58,205 nucleotides of DNA, taken from the NCBI GenBank assembly GCA_030038495.1, contig JASHOV010000117.1:1-58205 (forward strand), read 5' to 3'. Each line of letters opens with the position of its first letter. Positions within the stretch are counted from its first letter, which is position 1. Shown in pieces: positions 16,909 to 25,095 of this stretch. This DNA comes from Streptosporangiaceae bacterium. Lineage in GTDB: Bacteria > Actinomycetota > Actinomycetes > Streptosporangiales > Streptosporangiaceae. The translations under genes and the position numbers were made by a program. Under the pieces are notes generated by a model that made no database searches, had not been told where the DNA came from, and worked only from the letters and a program-made list of their open reading frames with translations.

Positions 16909-17976
16909 ATGAGCGCGCTGCGCCGGCGATTGCTGCAGGCCGAGGCAACCTGGTGGATGTCGCGGATTCTGTTGTCCAATCTGTCCATCTGGACGATGCT
17001 GATGGGCTGGGTGGCCGCAGGTCCGCGCCTGGACTCAGCTCATGTGGCCAGGCTGCTCGCGCTGTATGCCGCGTTCGCCCTGGCCGGCGGTGCGCTCTTC
17101 GTAGTCAACGACCTCATGGACGTCGAGGGCGACAAGGTCACCGCTCCGTATTTGCCGTTGCCCTCCGGGCTGCTCAGCCGCAACGAGGCACGGGCGTCCG
17201 TCGCCGTCTACTTCGCGAGCGCGCTGATCTTCCTCTACCTGGCGTGCGCCCGGTTCGGGCTGTTCGTCACCTGCCTGGCGATCATCGTGGTGGCCGCCAT
17301 GGGCTCCATGGGGTACTCCAGATACAAGAAGGAGGGGATTGTCGCCTCAGTCCTCGTGGCCGTGCCGCAGACGATCATTCCCGCCGTCATCGGGTGGCTG
17401 GTGGCGGGAGGCGGATCGGCCTGGCGGCTGGTGGCCGTGCTCAGTTATGCCGTATTCGCCGGCGTCTCGAACAACGTACTCGCCGCTCTCCGCGACGTCG
17501 ATCTCGATGCCAGTGTCGGCAATCGGACGCTGCCGGTTCGGATCGGGGCACCGGCGGCGTTCCGGCTGATCGCGAACCTCGCTTTCGCTGCGCTCGCCGT
17601 GGTCGTCGTGCTCGCGGCCACCATTAACAGCGGAGCCTGGGCCTGGCCGTTCGCTGTGATCGCCGGCGTGGTGCTGTGGCAGGGCTACCGCCTCGCCGCG
17701 GCCAGGTTCGCTCAGCCGCACCGGGGTCGCAGGCAGCGCATGGACGACCTGCGGCTGTTCAAGACGGGGGAGTACGTGCGGCATGCGGCGATGGTAGCGG
17801 TGTTCAACCCGGTGGTTGCGATCGTGGCCTTCGCCTACCTGCTCGGCGGTTTCATGATTGGGTACCGGGTCTACCATCGCCGGCTGACCAGCGGTGCCAT
17901 CCGCGACGCCATGGATCGACTGCCAGCAGCTAGCGGCGCGGGCGTGAACGACCAGTTCTCGGCACCCACAGGGTGA
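16909..17976 (+). CDS. UbiA-family integral-membrane prenyltransferase
   Basis: AGGAG lies 8 nt before the ATG at 16909. ~8-9 TM helices. First Asp-rich motif NDLMDVEGD and second motif RDVDLDASVGNRTLPV, as in DGGGP/chlorophyll/UbiA synthases. Confidence 0.75.
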   Translation: MSALRRRLLQAEATWWMSRILLSNLSIWTMLMGWVAAGPRLDSAHVARLLALYAAFALAGGALFVVNDLMDVEGDKVTAPYLPLPSGLLSRNEARASVAVYFASALIFLYLACARFGLFVTCLAIIVVAAMGSMGYSRYKKEGIVASVLVAVPQTIIPAVIGWLVAGGGSAWRLVAVLSYAVFAGVSNNVLAALRDVDLDASVGNRTLPVRIGAPAAFRLIANLAFAALAVVVVLAATINSGAWAWPFAVIAGVVLWQGYRLAAARFAQPHRGRRQRMDDLRLFKTGEYVRHAAMVAVFNPVVAIVAFAYLLGGFMIGYRVYHRRLTSGAIRDAMDRLPAASGAGVNDQFSAPTG

Positions 17977-18274
17977 GCGCCGGCACGGCTACCCGCGCCC
18001 GTGGCAGGCTGACGATGGCCGGTGAGACTGTATGGACCATAAAGGCAATTCCTGCTTAAATAGAACAGGTGGCGATTTCATACACCACGCCATCGGACGT
18101 GACCCGACCAGCAACTGGCCTTGGTGCGGCTGCCAGCTATGGGTGTACGCCCGCTGAATGGGTGCTTATTGGTATAAATCTCGCTTTTCTTTGGTTTTCG
18201 GCTTATGGCCGTCGCCTCCCCTCGCTTACTGGCACTGGCAGCGGAAAGCCAGCCGGCATGGCACGGGTGGAGAA

Positions 18275-19021
18275 ATGAGCGCGGAGCCGACGGATCATGA
18301 GCCTGTGGCCGTGCCACGGGTGATAGTGGCTGGTCCGCGGTCGAGGTGGCGGTCGGCTGTCATCGCTGCGCTCAGCGCTGATTGCGAGTCCTGGGGAGTA
18401 GGGACCGGAGACGAACTTGTCACGCAGATCGTGGCCCGGGCCGTCGACCTGATTGTGCTGGACGGCAAGCTCCTCATCGGAGACGGCCGCTGGCTGAGTG
18501 CCGTACTGCGTTTGCGCGCGGAAAAGACGCAGGTGTTGTTGCACCTTCGTGACGACCAGGAAACGGATGGTCTACTTCACCTAACCTTCCACGGCGTGTG
18601 CAGCGGAAATGATACGGCCGGGCTGGTGCGCCAGGCGGCGACGCTGCTGGGCCTGGACGGCAGGCTCTCGCCAGGCACGCCAAGCGGCCGGTACGTGTCG
18701 TACGCGCTGAATTTCTTGACTGATCATTACTCAGAACATCTTGATGTCGCTATTGTAGCCACCAGGATGTCCTTGTCTCCCGGCTATCTTGCCCGGATAT
18801 TCCGCAATGAGATGCGTATAGGAATGAGGGAGTTCGTCCTTAGGATGCGCATCGAGGCAGCCAAGCTAATTCTGGCCGAGACCGATGCCACCCTCGGAGC
18901 GGTAGCCCAGCGTTCGGGGTTCTTCGACGCCGCGCATTTCAGTCGAGTATTCCGGCGCTACGAAGGATGTACGCCAGGACAATATCGGAGAACTGCGGTC
19001 ACATATGCCCGGCATCAATAG
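18275..19021 (+). CDS. AraC/XylS-family transcriptional regulator with N-terminal receiver-like (pseudo-receiver) domain
   Basis: C-terminal AraC HTH (LSPGYLARIFRNE...FFDAAHFSRVFRRYEGCTPGQYRR). The N-terminus is CheY-like but lacks the acidic pair. GGTGGAG RBS. GC3 is visibly lower than in the neighbouring genes. Confidence 0.8.
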   Translation: MSAEPTDHEPVAVPRVIVAGPRSRWRSAVIAALSADCESWGVGTGDELVTQIVARAVDLIVLDGKLLIGDGRWLSAVLRLRAEKTQVLLHLRDDQETDGLLHLTFHGVCSGNDTAGLVRQAATLLGLDGRLSPGTPSGRYVSYALNFLTDHYSEHLDVAIVATRMSLSPGYLARIFRNEMRIGMREFVLRMRIEAAKLILAETDATLGAVAQRSGFFDAAHFSRVFRRYEGCTPGQYRRTAVTYARHQ

Positions 19022-19577
19022 CCCAGCGCCCCACACGGATCCCATCGCCGTAGTGCATGGCCGCTTTCAGCCTTTGCACATTGGTCATCTCGAGTATCTG
19101 CTCGCGGGTGCAAGCCGAGCAGCCAGCCTGATCGTAGGGATCACTAATCCCGACCCGTGGCAGACCATCGCGGAACCCACCGACTCTCAGCGAGGTGAAT
19201 CGGAGTCCAACCCGTTCACGTTTTATGAGAGGTTTCTCATGGTGGAGGCGGCGCTGCGCGAACATGGCGTTACAGACTTCCGCATCGTCCCCTTCCCTCA
19301 TGGATTCCCGGAGCGGCTGCACCATTATGTGCCCGCCGACGCGTTGTTCTTGTTCACGATCTACGACGCGTGGGGCGAGGAGAAACTGCGCCGGCTGTCC
19401 GCGCTCGGGTGGCGTACAGAGGTGCTGTGGCGGCGGACAGCGAAGGTCACCTCCGGAACCGAACTGCGCCGCCGGATGCGCGAAGGCGCTGACTGGGAGC
19501 ATCTGGTGCCCGCGGGTACGGCCAGCGTTGTCAGGGAACTGCGGCTTACCGACAGACTGCGGGAAGTCTCACGATGA
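19005..19577 (+). CDS. HxGH-motif nucleotidyltransferase (cytidylyl/adenylyl-transferase superfamily; PhpF-like candidate)
   Basis: GRFQPLHIGH motif near the N-terminus and ~190 aa, like archaeal NMNAT-type enzymes. It overlaps the AraC stop by 17 nt and the next gene by ATGA. Confidence 0.75.
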   Translation: MPGINSPAPHTDPIAVVHGRFQPLHIGHLEYLLAGASRAASLIVGITNPDPWQTIAEPTDSQRGESESNPFTFYERFLMVEAALREHGVTDFRIVPFPHGFPERLHHYVPADALFLFTIYDAWGEEKLRRLSALGWRTEVLWRRTAKVTSGTELRRRMREGADWEHLVPAGTASVVRELRLTDRLREVSR

Positions 19578-20833
19578 CGGGCAAGGTCTATATCGTCGCA
19601 TTGTGCGGGGTGGCTGATGATCCCGCACCCGGCCTCACCCCGCTGGAGCGGGCTGACACCCCGCATCTGGACGCGATGGCCGCAGCCGGGGTTACCGGCC
19701 TGCTCGACGTCGTGGGGAAGGGCATACCTCCGGAATCCGACTCCGGAGCAATGGCACTCCTCGGGTACGACCCGCTGGTGCACTACACGGGACGAGGCCC
19801 GCTTGAGGGCCTGGGAACGGATTTCCTGGATCCGGAAGCTCCCGGCAGCACGGTTGTCTTCCGGCTGAACGTGGCCAGCCATGATGCCGTACGTGACCGG
19901 CTGGACCGGCGGACTGCGCGGGACCTGGACGACAATGAACTGACCGTCCTGCTTGAGGAGGTGCGGGCCGGGGTGAGCCTGGCCGACCATGCGGCGACGT
20001 TTCAGCTCATCGGGTTCGGTCGGCACCGTGGGGTGGTGGCATTTCATAGCCGTACGCGCCCGCTCAGCGGAAACGTCACCAACACCGACCCGCAATATAC
20101 TCGTCAGGGCCCGTTCGGCGTTCCGCGCGACATACCGCTCGCCCGTGCATTTGATTGCAGCCCCCTAGATGATTCACCCGGTGCTGGTAACACGGCCGCG
20201 GTGGTCACCGCCTTCACTGCCCGCAGTGCCGATGTTATGACGCGAAGTGCGGTGAACCGCCGCCGTCGCGCGGACGGCAGGATTCCCGCCAACACGTTCC
20301 TGCTGCGCGATGGCGGCGACCATGTGCCGAGGCTCCGTCCTTTCCATGATCTTTTCGGCCGCAGTCTCGCGATTTTCGGACAGGTACCGGCCGAGCGTGG
20401 TCTCGCCCTCCTGCTGCGCGCCGCATGGCGGGATTGCAAGCGTCCCGCGGACGAACCGGAGCCACGGTATTACCAGCGGCTGGCGGACGAACTTGAGGCC
20501 GCGCCAAGCGATACCGTTTATGTCCACGTCAAAGCGGCCGATGACGCCGCCCACGACGGCGATATGACCGGGAAAGTGGCAGCGATTGAACGGGTAGATA
20601 CGCTGTTCATCCAGCGCCTGAGGGACCGGCTGCGGCCCGGAGACATCTGCGTTCTCACCGGCGACCACGCCACTCCGTGGCGCTCTCGTATTCATTCCGC
20701 CGATCCGGTGCCCGTGGCGGTGACAGGGACCGGACGGCAAGCCGACGCGGTGAGTAGGTTCAGCGAGCGCTCAGCCGTCGACGGCGCACTCGGGCGGATG
20801 CTCGCCTGCGACATGCTTGCCACACTTGAGTGA
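19574..20833 (+). CDS. Cofactor-independent phosphoglycerate mutase-like metalloenzyme (archaeal ApgM type; PhpG-like)
   Basis: The N-terminal block TPHLDAMAAAGVTGLL...PESDSGAMALLGYDPLVHYTGRGPLEGLG matches ApgM-type iPGM. The usual N-terminal DGxxD reads CGVAD here. Confidence 0.8.
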   Translation: MTGKVYIVALCGVADDPAPGLTPLERADTPHLDAMAAAGVTGLLDVVGKGIPPESDSGAMALLGYDPLVHYTGRGPLEGLGTDFLDPEAPGSTVVFRLNVASHDAVRDRLDRRTARDLDDNELTVLLEEVRAGVSLADHAATFQLIGFGRHRGVVAFHSRTRPLSGNVTNTDPQYTRQGPFGVPRDIPLARAFDCSPLDDSPGAGNTAAVVTAFTARSADVMTRSAVNRRRRADGRIPANTFLLRDGGDHVPRLRPFHDLFGRSLAIFGQVPAERGLALLLRAAWRDCKRPADEPEPRYYQRLADELEAAPSDTVYVHVKAADDAAHDGDMTGKVAAIERVDTLFIQRLRDRLRPGDICVLTGDHATPWRSRIHSADPVPVAVTGTGRQADAVSRFSERSAVDGALGRMLACDMLATLE

Positions 20834-21139
20834 AGGCCATGGAAGCGGCGGAAGATCCTGGCGCGGCGGTCGTGAGGAACTCCCGGTGCCACGCGGTCGG
20901 CGCTGCCGCCAGCTGTGGATCGGCCCGGGGTCGGAGCCGATATGTACAAGATCCGGTATTAACCGTGCATGCATTGCAGCCGCGCCGTCGTAGATAATCG
21001 TTGGCACGTGATAACACAACCGGATCTGCGAAAGGTACCGAATACTAGCCCACGGGTCATTGGAGAATATCGAGCCGCCAACGCCCTCAACTCCAAAACT
21101 CCAGTCCCGTCCCTGCTCGAATCAGGAAAGAGATATAAC

Positions 21140-22012
21140 ATGGCCTCCGAGACGGATGTGCGCGGTTACCTCGGCTCGAAGACTCAGGTTCTCATCGACC
21201 GCTACGGCCCCGGGCCGGCGATCCACTACCATTTCGGCCTGTTCGACAGTGAAGCTGGAACCTACGGGTCCTTGGCGGAGATCCGCCGGCGAATCGTTGA
21301 TTCGCAGGAACGAATGCTCGCGTTTGCCGCGGAGGTATGGGATTCCTCGTCGATATTCACCGGGAAACTCCTCGACATCGGGTGCGGGCTCGGTGGCGGA
21401 TCCATCTACTGGGCGCTGCACTACGACGTCGAGGTCACCGCCGTGACGAATGTCGCCGAACACGCGGCCGTCGTCCATGACTTCGCCGACCAAGCCGGTG
21501 TGGGTACTCGCATCCGCCCGATAGTCGCTGACTTCTGCACGTCACAGCTCGATGGACCATTCGAAGCTGCGGTAGCGGTGGAGAGCGCCTCTCAGATGCC
21601 AAAGGACGCGTTCTTCCGAAGTGCGGGACAGGCCCTGCCAGTCGGCGGATACCTGTGTATTGAGGATGGTGTCGACACCACCGCAGCCTGGAAAGAACCT
21701 GCCGGGTCCTCATGGGTGGCTCCCATAGAGAACTACTGGAAGGCAAACCTCAGCACACTGACCGGGTACGTGGAGGCAGCCGAGGCCGCCGGATTCCGGC
21801 TGGATCGCAACGAGGATGTTACCGAGAACATCCTCGAATTCTGGATCCAGAACATGGCCTGGGCCGAAGCCAAACTCGCCCAGCCGGACTTGCCGGCAGA
21901 GGAGCAGCACAAGATGCTCCAGTCCATTCGGTGGCACATGTGGATGTTCCGCGCATACCGCGACCGGGGACTCGAACAACGAGTCGTCAGATTCAAGAAG
22001 GTCCGCAACTGA
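21140..22012 (+). CDS. Class I SAM-dependent methyltransferase
   Basis: The SAM motif LLDIGCGLGGG is preceded by IHYHFGLF. RBS-like AGGAAAG before the ATG at 21140. The upstream in-frame extension to 20969 has non-coding codon usage. Confidence 0.75.
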   Translation: MASETDVRGYLGSKTQVLIDRYGPGPAIHYHFGLFDSEAGTYGSLAEIRRRIVDSQERMLAFAAEVWDSSSIFTGKLLDIGCGLGGGSIYWALHYDVEVTAVTNVAEHAAVVHDFADQAGVGTRIRPIVADFCTSQLDGPFEAAVAVESASQMPKDAFFRSAGQALPVGGYLCIEDGVDTTAAWKEPAGSSWVAPIENYWKANLSTLTGYVEAAEAAGFRLDRNEDVTENILEFWIQNMAWAEAKLAQPDLPAEEQHKMLQSIRWHMWMFRAYRDRGLEQRVVRFKKVRN

Positions 22013-22107
22013 GCAGAGCGAGGCAGATTTTCCAGAATCTCGAATGTGCCTGCTCATACTTGCGAGTCTCGGCGACGGCGGGCGCCCGTAGGGCAGAGAG
22101 GTTGGAG

Positions 22108-22980
22108 ATGATGGCCGACTCGACCATAGGTACGGCGCTCGCGCGTAACACCTTCGAGCGGGAGGCGTTCACCTACTACGACACCAAGCGCAACGATGTT
22201 CTGAACCTGGATCTGGGGGACCTCGACGGCTTCCACCATCACCACTTCGCGGTTGGTGACTTCGACCGCTCCGTTCTCAGCGAGCCGCCCGACCGGCGCG
22301 AGGCGGCCATCGGTGCCGAGATCCACCGCCTGGAGACTGACCAGGTCGACCTCATCCTGCAGACCCTGACGGGAATCAGTCCGAGCAGCCGGCTGCTGGA
22401 CGCCGGTTCCGGACGTGGCGGCACCGCGCTGCTCATCCACCGGACCACCGGGTGCCAGGTCGACGGAGTAAATTTCTCCCCCTACCAGAACGACTTCGCT
22501 CGCCGCGCCGCGCAGCGGCACGGCTACGCCGCGCACATTCAGTTCCACGATCGCAACATGACCGACACTGGCTTCTCGGACGCCTCGTTCGATTACGTGG
22601 TCAGCAACGAGACCACCATGTATGTCGATGTCTTCGAAGCGTTCCGCGAGTTCGCCAGGCTCCTGCGTCCCGGCGGCCGCTATACGCTGCTCACCTGGTG
22701 CCGCAATGACTCGGTCGCACCCGGCCTGACTGAGGCCGACGCGATCAACGCCCACTATTGCTGCCACACCCACCGCCGCAGCACATACCTCAATGCGCTG
22801 CTGGCCGCCAGTCTCATTCCCGACCAGGTCGACAACCTCACGATCCCGGCCATTCCTTATTGGGAGCTGCGCTCGGAGTCCGAGCTCGCCACCGGAATCG
22901 AACAGCTCTACCTGGACGGCTACCGCAGCGATCGCCTCAACTACATCCGCATCACCTCCCGCAAGTCCTCGACTCATTAG
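22108..22980 (+). CDS. Prenyl-diphosphate C-methyltransferase homologue (geranyl diphosphate 2-C-methyltransferase family), copy 1
   Basis: It matches remembered GPPMT blocks throughout: DGFHHHHFAVG, EIHRLETDQ, LLDAGSGRGGT, SNETTMYVDV, GGRY, PYWELRS, TGIEQLY. Confidence 0.85.
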   Translation: MMADSTIGTALARNTFEREAFTYYDTKRNDVLNLDLGDLDGFHHHHFAVGDFDRSVLSEPPDRREAAIGAEIHRLETDQVDLILQTLTGISPSSRLLDAGSGRGGTALLIHRTTGCQVDGVNFSPYQNDFARRAAQRHGYAAHIQFHDRNMTDTGFSDASFDYVVSNETTMYVDVFEAFREFARLLRPGGRYTLLTWCRNDSVAPGLTEADAINAHYCCHTHRRSTYLNALLAASLIPDQVDNLTIPAIPYWELRSESELATGIEQLYLDGYRSDRLNYIRITSRKSSTH

Positions 22981-23066
22981 CGCAGGCCGCCGAACCCCGC
23001 TCAAGAGCATCACCAGGCCGCTAAGAGCGTCGCTTGTCCAGTACCCGCACATCAAGGAGTTCTTTG

Positions 23067-23951
23067 ATGGAATCAGCTGAATCGGCAACGCGAGAAGAAG
23101 TTATCCGCAACGCTCATGACGAAACGCTCGTCAACTACTGGGACAGCAAGAAGGATGACAACATCAACCTTCTTCTCGGCAAGTCCGACGGTATCTATCA
23201 TCATCACTACGGCATCGGGGACTACGACCATTCGATCCTTGATCTCCGTAGCGAGGAGCGGGAGGCGCGCATAGCAGCAGAAATGCATCGCCTGGAAAAC
23301 GCGCAGACCGAGCTGATTCTCGAGGCACTGGGTGAGGTCGCGCCCGACGACCGCGTACTCGACCTGGGATCCGGTCGGGGTGGCACCAGCTTCATGATCC
23401 ATGACAGATTCGGCTGTTTCGTCGACGGCGTCAACATATCCCGATACCAGATCGACTTCTCGCGGCGACTAGCGGAAGAGCGCGGCGTTGCGGAAAAGGT
23501 CAAGTTCCATTACCGGAATATGCTGGCTACTGGCTTCAGCGACCACTCGTTCCAGCGCCTGGTCTCGAATGAGACGACGGCGGATTTGCTGGACCTCTTC
23601 GAGGCGTTCGGTGAGTTCTCGCGCGTGTTGGCACCCGGGGGCCGGTACGTCGTGTTTACCTGGTGCTACAACGACATGACCAATCCGCCTCGTACTGAAA
23701 TCGAAGAGATCGACCGCCACTACCCGGGCAATCACATTCACTCGCGCAGCACCTACTTCAAAGCGCTCGCCGCCAACGGCCTCGTGCCCTGCAAGGTTGC
23801 CGACCTCACCGCCGAGGGAATCCCATACTGGGATTTGCGGTCACGATCCGACCTGCGGACGGGAGTTGAAGAAGCATTCCTGACGGCCTACCGGGAGAAC
23901 AGGCTGAATTTCATGCTGATCGCGGCGGACCGCGCCTGCGGTCACGGTTGA
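23067..23951 (+). CDS. Prenyl-diphosphate C-methyltransferase homologue (GPPMT family), copy 2
   Basis: AAGGAG lies 7 nt before the ATG at 23067. GPPMT-like blocks DGIYHHHYGIG, EMHRLENAQ, VLDLGSGRGGT, GGRY, IHSRSTYF, IPYWDLRS, TGVEEAF and MLIAADRA. Confidence 0.85.
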   Translation: MESAESATREEVIRNAHDETLVNYWDSKKDDNINLLLGKSDGIYHHHYGIGDYDHSILDLRSEEREARIAAEMHRLENAQTELILEALGEVAPDDRVLDLGSGRGGTSFMIHDRFGCFVDGVNISRYQIDFSRRLAEERGVAEKVKFHYRNMLATGFSDHSFQRLVSNETTADLLDLFEAFGEFSRVLAPGGRYVVFTWCYNDMTNPPRTEIEEIDRHYPGNHIHSRSTYFKALAANGLVPCKVADLTAEGIPYWDLRSRSDLRTGVEEAFLTAYRENRLNFMLIAADRACGHG

Positions 23952-23977
23952 TCGCACCTCTGCGGAGGGAGTAACTG

Positions 23978-25072
23978 GTGACCGTCTCACGCACCCATCC
24001 AGACACGTCCCCATTCGACGTCGCTGACGTGCGACACCGCGTGAATATCGCGCTGGAGACCTTTCTCGACAGCCGGGCTGGCCATATTGCCGACGTAGGA
24101 GGTGACGATCTGTCGGCGGTATTGGAAACGATCCGGAAGTTCGTGCTGTCAGGGGGCAAGCGGATCCGGCCAGTGATGTGTTACTGGGGCTGGCGCGGGG
24201 CAGGCGGCCCAGACTGCGAGGAGATCGTCACGGCGGCAGCCTCACTGGAATTGTTCCACGCCTTCGGGTTGATCCACGATGACATCATCGACAGCAGCGA
24301 AGCGCGCCGAGGCCATCCGACAGTGCACCGCACATTCGCCTCAACGCACGCGAAGTCACACTGGCGAGGCGAGGCGGAGGCGTTCGGCACGGCAATCGCG
24401 ATCATCGTCGGCGACCTGTGCTTGTTCTGGTCAAATACCATGTTCCACGCCTGCGGGCTGTCGCCTCAGGTGTTGCTGGCCGGTGATTCAGTGCTGGACG
24501 CCATGCGCGCCGATACGTTTTTCGGCGAGTTCCTGGAGATAATGGACCAGGCTCGGGGCGCCTATTCCGCCGCCAGGGCAGCCACCATCAGTCGTTACAA
24601 GACGGGCAAGTACACGGTGGAGTACCCGCTGAAGCTGGGTGCCGTGCTGGCGGGCGCGGGTGCCGAACTACTGGCGGCTTATTCACAGTTCGGGACCCCG
24701 CTTGGTGAAGCCTTCCAGCTCCGCGATGACGTACTTGGCGTGTTCGGCGACCCGACCGTCACCGGCAAGTCGAATCTCGACGATCTGTATGAAGGTAAGC
24801 CGACCATGCTCATGGCGTTCGCCCTCGAGCGCGCCAATGCTGGGCAGGCGGAGCTTATCAAGACCCTGCATGGCAGCCCGGTCCTGGACGAGCACGGCGC
24901 TGGTGAGCTTCGCCGTGTCATGGTCGAGACAGGCGCCCTCGCCTCCGTTGAGGAGCTGATCAGCAGGCGCACCGAGCAGGCACTGAAAGTACTGGCCGCC
25001 ACGCCCGTCCCGGACCCGACCCGCAGTGTGCTGACCGCCCTGGCCACCGCAGTCACCGACCGCGGAGCCTGA
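23978..25072 (+). CDS. trans-Polyprenyl diphosphate synthase (short/medium chain)
   Basis: FARM LIHDDIID and SARM FQLRDDVLGVFGD. Phe at position -5 relative to FARM suggests a short (C10-C15) product. GGAGGGA RBS before the GTG. Confidence 0.9.
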   Translation: MTVSRTHPDTSPFDVADVRHRVNIALETFLDSRAGHIADVGGDDLSAVLETIRKFVLSGGKRIRPVMCYWGWRGAGGPDCEEIVTAAASLELFHAFGLIHDDIIDSSEARRGHPTVHRTFASTHAKSHWRGEAEAFGTAIAIIVGDLCLFWSNTMFHACGLSPQVLLAGDSVLDAMRADTFFGEFLEIMDQARGAYSAARAATISRYKTGKYTVEYPLKLGAVLAGAGAELLAAYSQFGTPLGEAFQLRDDVLGVFGDPTVTGKSNLDDLYEGKPTMLMAFALERANAGQAELIKTLHGSPVLDEHGAGELRRVMVETGALASVEELISRRTEQALKVLAATPVPDPTRSVLTALATAVTDRGA

Positions 25073-25095
25073 CCAATGGATGGAAATCGATCGCG

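Noticed and set aside
18069-18278. 69-aa ORF ending in an ATGA overlap with the AraC start; possible leader peptide or small membrane protein
   Set aside because: Third-codon positions are largely A/T, unlike genuine genes here, and the RBS is not convincing. The ATGA overlap may be coincidental. It would be worth revisiting only if ribosome profiling shows translation.
22108-25072. Identification as an ordinary 2-methylisoborneol locus
   Set aside because: No class I terpene cyclase (DDxxD/NSE) or cNMP-binding protein gene is adjacent. There are two methyltransferase paralogues, and the block is contiguous with ppd.
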